A DNA stretch of 64,000 nt from Chloroflexota bacterium (GCA_005887995.1 VBJD01000029.1:3326-67325); one strand, 5' to 3'. Numbered from the stretch's first letter, positions 18,430 through 27,387 are shown. Numbers and translations are program-made. Notes: generated from the letters alone by a model not told the origin.

Positions 18430-20211
18430 GTGCCCGCATCGCTCGACCGCATCCTCGACGCGCGCGGTGCGACGCGCGTGCGCATCGCACCCGACGAGTC
18501 ATGGCTCTGCTACGTCACCGACATCACGGGCACGCCGCAGCTCTGGCGCGTGCCAACGAACGGGGGCGTGCCGCGGCGGCTGACATTCGAATGCGATCGC
18601 GTCGGCGCGTATCGCATCTCGCCTGATGGCAAACGGATCGCCTATGGCACCGACAGCGGCGGCGACGAGCGTTGGCAGCTGTGGGTCATGGACGCCGACG
18701 GGGCGAACGCGCGGCGGCTGACGGACCGCGACGATCGCATCCACCACCTGGGCGCGTGGACCGCGGACAGCCGTTCGCTGCTCGCGATGACCAACGAACG
18801 CGACGCCCGGTACTTCGATCTCTGGTCGCACCCGCTCGACGGCGCCGCGCCGCGAATGCTGTACCAGCACGACGGCACCGGCGCGGACGCGACCGCGCTT
18901 CCAGACGGCGGCGCGGTCGTGCGTATCAACCGGCGGCGCGGCGACGAGAACCATCTCGTGCTCGTGTCGCCGGACGGCGGCAACCGCGTCCTCACACCCG
19001 ATCAGCCGATGGCGCTTCACTCAGTCGTCGCGGCGGTGCCCGGGGGACTCATCGTGCGCAGCGATCGCGGCCGAGAGTTCATCGGGCTCGCGACGATCGC
19101 GTTCGACAGCGCTTTCAAGTGGCTCGTCACTCCCGAGCACGACGTCGAGGACGATGCCGACGCGAGCGGGCGGCGTGACGCGTACGCGGTGAACGTCGAG
19201 GGCCTCACTGAAGTCCATCTGCGGGACGGCGATCGTGATGTGACCATCGGCGGGCTTCCACCGGGCACGTTCCCGGTCGATCTCATCGGTGACGGTCTCG
19301 CCCTTGTGGGCGGCACGCTCGCCGTGACGTGGGCGCGCTACGACGCGCCGGCGACCATCTATGTGTCGCGCGATGGCGAGCCGTTCCGAGAGCTCGTGCC
19401 GCCGGCGATGGCCGGACTCAGCGCCAGGGATCTTCCCGACATGCGCCTGGTCGAATGGCCGACCTTCGACGGACGCAAGATCCCGGGCTTCCTGCTCACG
19501 CCGCGTGGCGCATCCAGCGGACCGCGTCCGACGATCATCGAGGTCCACGGCGGCCCCGAAGGACAGGCGCGACCGAACTGGACACCACGCACGGTCATGT
19601 TCGTCGCGAACGGATTCAACGTGCTGCAGCCGAACGTGCGTGGCTCGACGGGCTACGGCAAGACCTACCAGCACCTCGACGACGTCGCGCTGCGCCTCGA
19701 CTCGGTGCGCGATCTCGACGCGGCGGCGGTCTGGCTCGCCGACAGCGCCATCGCACCGAGGGACAAGATCGGCGTCATCGGCCAGTCGTACGGCGGATAC
19801 ATGACGCTCGCGGCGATCGCGTTCTTCGCCGAGCGTGGCTGGGCCGCCGCGGTCGATGTGTACGGGATCGCCAACTTCCTCACGTTCTTCGAGCACACCG
19901 CCGAGTGGCGCCGTCCGCTGCGTGCCGTGGAGTACGGCGATCCGCAGAAGGATCGCGATGTCCTCGTCGCGATCTCACCGATCACGCGGCTCGACGCGAT
20001 CAAGGCGCCGCTCATGGTGATCCACGGCGCGAACGATCCGCGCGTACCGATCCAGGAGACGGAGCAGATCGTCGCGGCGCTGCGCACGAAGGGTCGCGAC
20101 GTCGAGTACCTCAGATACGAGGACGAGGGCCACTCGCTGGCCAAGGCGAAGAACCGCGCGCACGCGTATCCGCGAGTTCTCGCGTTCTTCCAGCGCCACA
20201 TGGGCGCGTAG
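18430..20211 (+). CDS. S9-family serine peptidase (prolyl oligopeptidase/acylaminoacyl-peptidase type)
   Basis: N-terminal beta-propeller with 'SPDGKRIAY'-type repeats. The C-terminal hydrolase has 'VHGGPEGQ', nucleophile 'GQSYGGYM', 'HGANDPRV' and 'EGH'. Confidence 0.88.
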   Translation: MPASLDRILDARGATRVRIAPDESWLCYVTDITGTPQLWRVPTNGGVPRRLTFECDRVGAYRISPDGKRIAYGTDSGGDERWQLWVMDADGANARRLTDRDDRIHHLGAWTADSRSLLAMTNERDARYFDLWSHPLDGAAPRMLYQHDGTGADATALPDGGAVVRINRRRGDENHLVLVSPDGGNRVLTPDQPMALHSVVAAVPGGLIVRSDRGREFIGLATIAFDSAFKWLVTPEHDVEDDADASGRRDAYAVNVEGLTEVHLRDGDRDVTIGGLPPGTFPVDLIGDGLALVGGTLAVTWARYDAPATIYVSRDGEPFRELVPPAMAGLSARDLPDMRLVEWPTFDGRKIPGFLLTPRGASSGPRPTIIEVHGGPEGQARPNWTPRTVMFVANGFNVLQPNVRGSTGYGKTYQHLDDVALRLDSVRDLDAAAVWLADSAIAPRDKIGVIGQSYGGYMTLAAIAFFAERGWAAAVDVYGIANFLTFFEHTAEWRRPLRAVEYGDPQKDRDVLVAISPITRLDAIKAPLMVIHGANDPRVPIQETEQIVAALRTKGRDVEYLRYEDEGHSLAKAKNRAHAYPRVLAFFQRHMGA

Positions 20212-21735
20212 CTAACGCGGCGCGACGACCAACAGGTCCGCGACGTGCCGTTCCATGTCGCGCGCCGCGGCGATGCGTCCGGCGCGCAGATCGACCGCCT
20301 GGAGCGTTGCGCTGGCGAGTGTGCCTCCCACGATCGCGGTCCATGAGACGTAGGCGATCGTGCTGTCTCGATTGAACGACGCGAGCCAGGCCGTGCCGCC
20401 GGCCGGGAACGACGCGCGTTCTCTAGCACTTGCGCCGTCCGCGAGATGGAGCGTCCACTCGCTCCTTGTCGCGTAGCCCTCGGCTGTGGAGTCCCATCGC
20501 TCGCTGCCATACAGGAGCGACGACCCATCCGGCGCGAGCCACAGTGCCGTCGACGCCGCCGCCGTCCGCGCGAGCTCGACCATGCCTGCGGTGTCGATGA
20601 CGCGCAGGTCGAGCGGCACGAGCTGCTCGTGGTACTTGCCGTCCTGCCCCTTCGCGAACGTGGAACGCACGCCCGAGACGTAAAGACGTGCGCCGTCCGC
20701 GCTCACCGTCGCCTGCTGCCGATCGGATGACTGCATCTTCGCCTGCGCGGTGGTGCCGCCGAGCAGCGCCCAGAGCACGTCGGCGAGCGAGCGCCGAGGC
20801 TTTGGCTCGAACGGGCCGGCGATCGTCCCCGCGTCGAGATCGACACGGAAGATCCGCTCGGATTCGGCGTCCGCCACGAAGAGGCGGGAGCGCGGGCCGT
20901 CCCACGCGAGGCCGGGGGCGATCTGTCGCCAGGGTTCGTCCGCGGTCGCAGCCGCTGGATCCTGATACTGCCCCGCGCGTACCGGGAGCGGGATCGTTGC
21001 GACGATGCGCGCCGAAGCCGGATCGACGACGAACACCGTCGGCGCATCGCGCCGCTGGCCGTCGATCAGCACGTTCCCTCCGGGCTCTGCGTAGACCGCG
21101 ACGCGTCCTTTGAACGTCAGAACGTCGCGCGCGTAGAGATTCGCCGGAAGGCGCACGACCTCGCGCGCGGATCCTGACGCGACGTCGAGCTTCCAAAGCG
21201 CGGTCGTCGTTTCCGTTGACGCGCCGGTCACCGGCTGTGCCCAGTACACCGCGGCACCCGTCGCATCGAAGCGCAGAGCGGTCGTGTATGCGTCGATCTT
21301 CGTATCGAGCGTGCGATCGATCCACCGTGCCGTGTCGATCAGATGGACCGTCGCGCCGTAATTCCCGTTCCCGCCCGGCCACATGACCGCCGCGATGGTG
21401 CCGCCGGACGGGTGCACCGCCGCTTGGTAGTGATGTTCGAACGAGATGGGCGCGTACCCCGGCACGTCCGCGAGCGTGACCGGATCGACTGGCCGCGCGC
21501 GCAGATGCGTGCCAGTGCCATCGACGTCGATGAGGATCGCGGCCGGCGGTGTTGTTGGCCGCGCTTCGGGTCGGGTGTCGATCGTGCTCGTCGGCGACGG
21601 CGTGAACGACTGGACCTGCGGCTCGGGAGGTCGCGATACCGTCGGAGTCGGAGTTGCATTGGCCGAGCTCGTCGCCCCGCAGGCGGATGCGACGAGCGAA
21701 CCCGCGAAAGCCAGGGCGAACCAGGGAGAGCGCAT
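20212..21735 (-). CDS. Lipoprotein, beta-propeller-like, unknown function
   Basis: Lipobox 'LVASACG' followed by a Pro/Thr-rich linker, then repeated beta-strand-rich sequence. No catalytic motif recognised. Confidence 0.6.
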   Translation of the reverse strand: MRSPWFALAFAGSLVASACGATSSANATPTPTVSRPPEPQVQSFTPSPTSTIDTRPEARPTTPPAAILIDVDGTGTHLRARPVDPVTLADVPGYAPISFEHHYQAAVHPSGGTIAAVMWPGGNGNYGATVHLIDTARWIDRTLDTKIDAYTTALRFDATGAAVYWAQPVTGASTETTTALWKLDVASGSAREVVRLPANLYARDVLTFKGRVAVYAEPGGNVLIDGQRRDAPTVFVVDPASARIVATIPLPVRAGQYQDPAAATADEPWRQIAPGLAWDGPRSRLFVADAESERIFRVDLDAGTIAGPFEPKPRRSLADVLWALLGGTTAQAKMQSSDRQQATVSADGARLYVSGVRSTFAKGQDGKYHEQLVPLDLRVIDTAGMVELARTAAASTALWLAPDGSSLLYGSERWDSTAEGYATRSEWTLHLADGASARERASFPAGGTAWLASFNRDSTIAYVSWTAIVGGTLASATLQAVDLRAGRIAAARDMERHVADLLVVAPR

Positions 21736-21782
21736 CGCCTTCTTTGTACAAGTGTTGCGCCGTGCCGGTTCCGCGCAGCCCC

Positions 21783-22427
21783 TCAGCGCGCTCGCTCGGG
21801 CGGTCGTCCCTTCGGCGTGCCAGGCGGGGGCGGCTCGACGGCGAAGAACTCAGCGAGCTCGGCGGGCATGATGCGCGCCGGGTCGTGCTTGAAGATCGCG
21901 GTCGTGCGCTCGAGTGCGCGGGCGACCAGCCCGCTGCAAATGAGCTGGCCATCGATCGCGAACGCGAAGGTGCCGCCGGTGATGAGCGAGATCGCGATGC
22001 TCACGATCGACACCGAGCCGTACTTCGCGCCGACGGATGCGCAGGCGAAGGCCGCCGCCTCGGCGCGATCCTCGTCAGATGCTTTGATGCGCACGACCGT
22101 GTACTGGGTCGGGTCGTAGTCGTGGATCGATCGCTGAGCGACGCCGGTGCCGAGTGCCTCGACGATCGCGCCTTCCTCGTCGACGACGAGTGCCGTGTGG
22201 TTCCAGTACGTGTACTTCGCACGCTCGCCGCGGAAGCGGATGTTCTGCCCGAACCGGATGAGGCGGCTCGTCCACTCATCGCCGTGCGTGAGGATGAAAT
22301 CGCCGCGCCGTGGCGCGCCGCCGGCGTCGCGAAGTCCGGTCGGCGTGGGCGCGTGCTCGTATCCCTTCGCGCAGCCGCCCGGGCCGACTTGTTCGATGGC
22401 GCAGGCCGGAGCGCGATCGATCGCCAT
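21783..22427 (-). CDS. Permuted papain-like amidase, YiiX/YaeF (C92)-like
   Basis: The pattern 'GDFILTHG....SRLI', 'WNHTALVVDEEGAIVEA', 'YTVVRI', 'GAKYG' and 'ICSGLVARALE' resembles the permuted NlpC/P60-like fold. An extra hydrophobic insert is present. Confidence 0.5.
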   Translation of the reverse strand: MAIDRAPACAIEQVGPGGCAKGYEHAPTPTGLRDAGGAPRRGDFILTHGDEWTSRLIRFGQNIRFRGERAKYTYWNHTALVVDEEGAIVEALGTGVAQRSIHDYDPTQYTVVRIKASDEDRAEAAAFACASVGAKYGSVSIVSIAISLITGGTFAFAIDGQLICSGLVARALERTTAIFKHDPARIMPAELAEFFAVEPPPPGTPKGRPPERAR

Positions 22428-22477
22428 GCGACGAGAAGGCTATGGGGCGATAGGGCTCGAGCGGTAGCGCCCTGCGA

Positions 22478-24373
22478 TCAGTACGACGCCGCGAGCAGGT
22501 GCGTCGGGTCGGCGTGCAGCGGGATCACGTCGCCGGTGCGCAGTGTCGCGGCGTCGAGCACGGCGACGGCTCGCTGCTGACCCGCGAGCGCGACGTACAG
22601 CTGGTCCGCGTTCGGCGAGATCGCGATGTCCGCGACCGAGCCGAGGAATGAGGCCGTAGCGCGCACGCGTTTGGTGCCGAGGTCGATCGCCATGACGCCT
22701 TCGTTCGTCGCGACGTAGAGCACGTCCTCCTTCGGAGAGACGGCCAGCGCGCGCGCCTCGCTCGCGATCCGGATCTGGTCGACGACGCGGTACTGCTCGG
22801 TGTCCGCGACATCGACGAGCGGCTGCCCGACGATCGCCGTATAGATCCGCGTGCCCGAGCCGTTCATCGACATCGCGCCCGCCGGACCATCGAGCGGGAT
22901 CGTGTACGGCGTGCGCCCGCCGAGGTTGAGATAGAGCAGGTCGATGCCGCGCGGCGTGCTCACGAAGATGTGGTTGTGCTTGTACGAGGGCGCGAGCTCG
23001 GACGGCCGCGAGTTGTACACGAAGAATTCGGCCTGCCCTGTGGTCATGTCGTACTGCTCCGCGCCGCGCGGTCCGACCACGAGCACCGAATGTCCGTCGC
23101 GATTCGCCGCGACGATGCCGTCGTCGATCTGCACCGTGCGCGTGTCGCGCGCGCCGCCGAGGAGATCCATCACCGTCAGCTCGCGGCCGTCGAGCGCGAG
23201 CAGTGTGTGCCCGTCGGTGCCCAGTGCGACCGAGCGCGCGCTCACGGCGACGCTCGAGAGTGCGCCTGAGCGCGGCGCGCCGACCTGGACGTCGCCACCG
23301 CTCACGACGACGAGCCGCACCTCGCGCGGCGGCCGCGCCGCCGGCGGCTGGTAGTGGTCGATCGTCGAGCGGCGCTTCGTCTTCCAACCGTCGCGCGCCA
23401 CGAACGGGTAGGCGTCGACGACGCCACCGGGGCCGAGGATCGGGTACGGCGTGTCGCCGATGGAGTCGCCGTCGCCATCCTTTCCGCTGTAGTCGGACCA
23501 CCAGTTGCCCTCTTTCGTCGCCGGGTCGAACCACTGGTTCGTGTCGGGGTTGTTGTCGCTCACCTGCGGGTGGTTGTCCTTGACGTTGTTGTGGAAGATC
23601 GTGTTGCCCTTCGCCTCGCTGAACCAGATTCCCCAGTTGACGTTCGTGTCGATGTCGTTCTCGAAGATCTTGTTGCCGTCGCTGCGGTACAGGTAGATGC
23701 CGTAGCCGCCGGGGCTGTTGTAGGTCTGGCGGTTGAGGTCGTTGTGCTGGACGACGTTGTTGCTCGAGTCCTGCAGATGCAGCCCGTAGATGTTCGCCTG
23801 CACCGACGAGTCCTTGATGGTGATGCCCGTCGACGCGTGGATATAGAAGCCGTAGCGGTTACGAGTGCTCGTGACGCTCTCGATGTTCGAGCGCGTCATG
23901 TCGACGAAGTAGATGCCGGTGGAGAACGAGTCGATCCTTCCGTTCCGGACCGTGACGCCAGTGTGACCGCCGACACGCACACCCACGCTGTCGAGCTGCG
24001 GGTTCGGCCATGTCTGCGGGCCCATGCCCGGGCCGGTCAGCGTGTGACCGTTCAGGTCGAGCACGACGTTGTCGACGTGGATGACGAATGCGTCGCCGGT
24101 GCAGGTGAGGTCGTTCGCGAGCACGAAGTCTGTCGTGAGCTGCGTGTTGCACTTCGCCTCGCGTGCTGGCACCCGCGGACTCGGTGCGCTCGTCGCGTTC
24201 GGCGACGCCGTCGGGCGCGCCGTCTGGCTCTCGAGCGCGACCGTCGGCAGCGGTGAGGATGGCGTCCCTGCTGGTCCGCCTGCACAGGCTGTCGCCAGGA
24301 CGGCGAGCGCGGCGATGCTGACGGCCCAGGGGTAGGGGCCCCTGTTTAGCGCGCGCAGCGCGCGTACCCGCAT
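22478..24373 (-). CDS. Lipoprotein with right-handed parallel beta-helix (NosD/PbH1-like) and C-terminal YVTN-type beta-propeller
   Basis: Start ATG at 24373 ('MRVRALRALNRGPYPWAVSIAALAVLATACAG', with lipobox). Repeats such as 'GVTVRNGRI..FSTGIYF', 'GITIKDSSV' and 'NNVVQHNDL' are beta-helix-like. The C-terminus has 'LYVA' and 'RIYTA' propeller blades. Confidence 0.7.
   Translation of the reverse strand: MRVRALRALNRGPYPWAVSIAALAVLATACAGGPAGTPSSPLPTVALESQTARPTASPNATSAPSPRVPAREAKCNTQLTTDFVLANDLTCTGDAFVIHVDNVVLDLNGHTLTGPGMGPQTWPNPQLDSVGVRVGGHTGVTVRNGRIDSFSTGIYFVDMTRSNIESVTSTRNRYGFYIHASTGITIKDSSVQANIYGLHLQDSSNNVVQHNDLNRQTYNSPGGYGIYLYRSDGNKIFENDIDTNVNWGIWFSEAKGNTIFHNNVKDNHPQVSDNNPDTNQWFDPATKEGNWWSDYSGKDGDGDSIGDTPYPILGPGGVVDAYPFVARDGWKTKRRSTIDHYQPPAARPPREVRLVVVSGGDVQVGAPRSGALSSVAVSARSVALGTDGHTLLALDGRELTVMDLLGGARDTRTVQIDDGIVAANRDGHSVLVVGPRGAEQYDMTTGQAEFFVYNSRPSELAPSYKHNHIFVSTPRGIDLLYLNLGGRTPYTIPLDGPAGAMSMNGSGTRIYTAIVGQPLVDVADTEQYRVVDQIRIASEARALAVSPKEDVLYVATNEGVMAIDLGTKRVRATASFLGSVADIAISPNADQLYVALAGQQRAVAVLDAATLRTGDVIPLHADPTHLLAASY
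24322..24372 (+). repeat. Dispersed hairpin repeat, copy C (inside the 5' end of the minus-strand beta-helix gene)
   Basis: cggcccaggggtaggggcccctgtttagcgcgcgcagcgcgcgtacccg aligns at roughly 40 of ~50 positions with copy B (49431-49486). Hairpin CAGGGG-tagggg-CCCCTG is at 24327-24344. Confidence 0.8.
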
Positions 24374-24424
24374 CTCACCGCTAATACAACCACGCCGCGC
24401 GTCCCGTTCCGCGACACTCGGAAG

Positions 24425-25087
24425 ATGCGCGAGGACGCGGTCCGCATCGCCGACCGGCTCGAGGCGACGCTGCGGATCCCTGACGTGACGCCACGCGGGA
24501 TCGTCGTCGTCGCGCATCCGCTGCCGACGCATGGCGGGACGATGCGCAACCCGCTCGTCGCGGCGCTTGCTCGCGCTCTCGCCGACGAAGGCTTCTTTGC
24601 GCTGCGCTTCAATTTCCGCAGCGTCGGCGCGAGCAGTGGTGAGTGGTCCGGTGGGCGGGAGGAGTGGCACGACGTCGGCGCCGCGGTCGATCACGCCCGC
24701 GCCTTCGCCACGCTCCCTTCGGTCGCTGAACGGGGGCCCCTGCCCCCGGGACTGCCCGTCGGCGTGACGGCGTACTCGTTCGGCGCGGTGATGACCTTAC
24801 GTTGGCTCGAAGAGGGTGGCCGTGCGGACGGCATCGCGCTCGTCGGCGTGCCGCTGCGCGGCCCGGATCAGGAGCCGCGGCCCTTGCCACCCGTGCCCGA
24901 CGGTACGTTCATCGTCGCGGCAGAGAACGATCAATTTGGTAGTGCAGACCAGCTGCGATCCGCGATACCAGGCGCTCGTGTCGTAATTATCAAAAGCGCC
25001 GACCACTTCTTCGTCGGCAAGCGCGACGAGGTCGGTCGGCTCGTCGCGGGCGAGATGCTGCGGGCGCTAGCATCGACGGTCCCATGA
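24425..25087 (+). CDS. Alpha/beta hydrolase, COG2945-like
   Basis: 'VVVAHPLPTHGGTMRNPLV', 'FFALRFNFRSVGASSGEW', nucleophile elbow 'AYSFGA' and 'SADHFF'. Confidence 0.8.
   Translation: MREDAVRIADRLEATLRIPDVTPRGIVVVAHPLPTHGGTMRNPLVAALARALADEGFFALRFNFRSVGASSGEWSGGREEWHDVGAAVDHARAFATLPSVAERGPLPPGLPVGVTAYSFGAVMTLRWLEEGGRADGIALVGVPLRGPDQEPRPLPPVPDGTFIVAAENDQFGSADQLRSAIPGARVVIIKSADHFFVGKRDEVGRLVAGEMLRALASTVP
24700..24752 (-). repeat. Dispersed hairpin repeat, diverged copy D (reverse orientation, inside the hydrolase CDS)
   Basis: The reverse complement reads cccgggggcaggggcccccgttcag + 10 nt + gagcgtg. Hairpin CGGGGG-cagggg-CCCCCG (24731-24748) keeps pairing through a double A>G / T>C change relative to the other copies. 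Confidence 0.6.
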
Positions 25088-26163
25088 CCAGTCGAGCGAC
25101 GAGTGGCTTTGCCACGAGAAGCGAGTCCGACACGTCGAGTGACAACGAGACGGAAACAAAAAGGACGCGCAAGCGGATCCTGACGGGTGACCGCCCGACG
25201 GGAAAGCTTCACCTTGGGCAGTACGTCGGGACGCTGCAGAACCGGGTCCGTCTTCAGGACGACTACGAGACGTTCCTCCTCGTCGCCGACTACCACATGC
25301 TCACGTCGCGCTTGACCAAGCTCGAGGAGATCGAGCAGAACATCCGTGACGACGTGATCGACAACCTCGCGGTCGGCGTCGATCCCGAAAAGGTCACGTA
25401 CTTCCTTCAGTCGCGTGTACCCGAGATCCCTGAACTGCATCTGTACTTCTCGATGCTGGTGTCGGTGCCGCGCGCGATGCGCGTTCCCACGCTGAAAGAC
25501 CACATGCGTGACGCCAACGTCCGCGAACCGTCGTACGGGATGCTCGGCTACCCGATCCTCCAGGCGGCGGACATCCTCATCGTGAAAGGCGATCTCGTCC
25601 CTGTGGGGAAGGACAACGAGTCGCACGTCGAGGTGGCCCGCGAGATCGCACGGCGCTTCAACGAGCTGTTCCGACCGATCTTCCCCGAGCCGCAGTCGCT
25701 CATCCCGGAGATCGGCCTGCTGCCCGGGATCGATGGCCGCGAGAAGATGGGCAAGAGCCTCGGCAACGCGATCAACCTGTCAGACGCCACCGCGACCGTC
25801 GAGAAGAAGGTCATGTCGATGTACACCGATCCCAAGCGCATCCGGCCGACAGACCCCGGAACGGTCGAGGGCAATCCCGTCTTCACCTATCACGACACGT
25901 TCAACTCCGACAAGGCCGAGGTAGCCGAGCTGAAGGAGCGCTATCGCAAGGGCGGCGTCGGCGACGTGGAAGTGAAACGGAGGCTCTTCGTCGCGCTCGA
26001 GCGCTTCCTGGAGCCGATCCGCGCACGGCGTGCAGAGATCGAGCGCAAGCCGGGCATCGTCGACGAGATCCTCGAAGCCGGGACTGCACGCGCCCGTGTC
26101 GAGGCAATACAGACCCTGCACGAGGTGCGCGAGGCGATGCGACTCGACTATTTCGGCGCCTAA
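25084..26163 (+). CDS. trpS: Tryptophan--tRNA ligase
   Basis: 'TGDRPTGKLHLGQYVG' (HIGH-type) and 'KMGKS' (KMSKS), with class Ic architecture. A ~30-aa Ser/Thr/Glu/Lys-rich N-terminal extension exists if ATG 25084 (ATGA overlap) is used. Confidence 0.92.
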   Translation: MTSRATSGFATRSESDTSSDNETETKRTRKRILTGDRPTGKLHLGQYVGTLQNRVRLQDDYETFLLVADYHMLTSRLTKLEEIEQNIRDDVIDNLAVGVDPEKVTYFLQSRVPEIPELHLYFSMLVSVPRAMRVPTLKDHMRDANVREPSYGMLGYPILQAADILIVKGDLVPVGKDNESHVEVAREIARRFNELFRPIFPEPQSLIPEIGLLPGIDGREKMGKSLGNAINLSDATATVEKKVMSMYTDPKRIRPTDPGTVEGNPVFTYHDTFNSDKAEVAELKERYRKGGVGDVEVKRRLFVALERFLEPIRARRAEIERKPGIVDEILEAGTARARVEAIQTLHEVREAMRLDYFGA

Positions 26164-27231
26164 TTGCCCCGTCTCTACGCGCTGATCCTCAGCGGCGGTG
26201 CTGGCACGCGGCTCTGGCCGCGGTCGCGCAAGGCGCAGCCAAAGCAGTTCCTCGATCTCATCGGTGAGCGCACCCTCTTGCAGGACACCGTCGAGCGCAT
26301 CGTCGAGACGATCCCGACGGAGCGGATCTTCGCAGTAGCGCCGCCTGAGCATCGCGTGCTGATCCACGAACAGCTGCCGGAACTGCGCGCGGACCACCTG
26401 GTCGTCGAGCCGTACCCGCGCGGCAATGCCGCGGCCATCGCGCTCGCGATGGCGGCGCTGCAGGCGTTCGATCCGGACGCCGTCGTCGCCGTGTTGCCGT
26501 CGGACCACGTCGTCGAGAAGCGTTCGAAGTTCCGCGACGTGCTGCTTGCCGCGACGGCGGCGGCCGAACAGGGAAAGCTGGTCACGCTCGGCGTCGAGCC
26601 GCGCGGTCCCGACACCGGCTTCGGCTACATCGAGGCCGGCGACCGTCTCGAGCTCAAGGCACCCGTGCCGGTGCACGCGGTGAAGCGATTCGTGGAGAAG
26701 CCGAAGCGAGATGCGGCCGAGAAGATGATCGCCGCGGGCGGTCACTACTGGAACGCGGGCATGTTCGTGTGGCGCACCGGCGACATCGTCGCGGCCTACC
26801 GTGAGCACCTGCCGAAGACCGCGAAGGCGATCGACGCGCTCGCCGAGTCGGTGGGCTCGCCGCGCTATGAGTCCGTGCTCGCCGACGCCTGGGAGGAGAC
26901 CGACCGGACGACGATCGACTACGGCGTCCTCGAGAAGGCCGACAACGTCGCGGTCGTGCCCGCGGATATCGGCTGGCACGACGTGGGCAGCTGGACGCGA
27001 CTCGCCGAGATCGTCGGACGTGATAACTGGTCCAGCGATGGGCACGTCGCGGTCGCGGCCGACGGCAACTACGCCTGGGCGCCGGGCAAGCTGGTCGCCT
27101 TCGTCGGCGTCGACGAGTTGGTCCTCGTGGACACGCCGGACGCCATCCTGGTCACGTCGAAGGCCCGCTCAGAGGAGGTCAAGGAGGTCGTCGACCGCCT
27201 CCGGCGCGAAGAGCGGGAGGACCTGCTTTGA
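26164..27231 (+). CDS. Mannose-1-phosphate guanylyltransferase (NTP-transferase domain, no PMI domain)
   Basis: 'LILSGGAGTRLWPRSR', 'DHVV', 'GFGYIE', 'FVEKP' and 'WNAGMFVW' fit the ManC/CpsB N-terminal family. Confidence 0.85.
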   Translation: MPRLYALILSGGAGTRLWPRSRKAQPKQFLDLIGERTLLQDTVERIVETIPTERIFAVAPPEHRVLIHEQLPELRADHLVVEPYPRGNAAAIALAMAALQAFDPDAVVAVLPSDHVVEKRSKFRDVLLAATAAAEQGKLVTLGVEPRGPDTGFGYIEAGDRLELKAPVPVHAVKRFVEKPKRDAAEKMIAAGGHYWNAGMFVWRTGDIVAAYREHLPKTAKAIDALAESVGSPRYESVLADAWEETDRTTIDYGVLEKADNVAVVPADIGWHDVGSWTRLAEIVGRDNWSSDGHVAVAADGNYAWAPGKLVAFVGVDELVLVDTPDAILVTSKARSEEVKEVVDRLRREEREDLL

Positions 27232-27341
27232 CGAAAAGAGGCCGAAAAATGGCTCGTTTCGGGCCGGCGGGAAGAACCGGCAAGGCCAAAACGCTCTATA
27301 TCTAAATAGAGACGGTTGCCCGTACAGGTAAAGTACCGCGT

Positions 27342-27368
27342 GGGGGGCCCGGAAGGGCCCTTTTTATT
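27342..27368 (+). terminator. Intrinsic-terminator-like hairpin about 20 nt upstream of the topA start
   Basis: GGGCCC-ggaa-GGGCCC (27345-27360) is followed by TTTTTATT. It lies at the end of a 156-nt AT-richer, hairpin-rich spacer. Confidence 0.6.
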
Positions 27369-27387
27369 GCCCGCGAAAGGATTGGCA

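Noticed and set aside
24327-24748. Hypothesis that repeat copies C and D are the inverted repeats of an invertible (phase-variable) segment swapping the 5' ends of the two divergent genes.
   Set aside because: The two coding frames cross the GGGGCCCC core in different phases: agg-ggc-ccc versus cgg-ggg-ccc-ctg. Inversion would therefore not give in-frame fusions. No recombinase gene is nearby, and the repeats are diverged beyond the hairpin.
25084-25180. The N-terminal ~30-aa Ser/Thr/Asp/Glu/Lys-rich extension of TrpRS as a distinct functional domain.
   Set aside because: It is low-complexity and probably disordered. It depends on choosing the ATGA-overlapping ATG as the start, and there is no motif to support a specific role.
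27232-27387. Possible SRP RNA, 6S RNA or tRNA in the spacer upstream of topA; the 9350-9502, 29560-29710 and 49418-49564 spacers were also checked for tRNA.
   Set aside because: No SRP domain-IV consensus (GGAA tetraloop flanked by AGCAGC-type symmetric loop) is present. No T-loop GGTTCGAATCC-like motif or cloverleaf could be drawn. The resemblance was limited to 'GGGAAGAACCGGCAAGGCC'.
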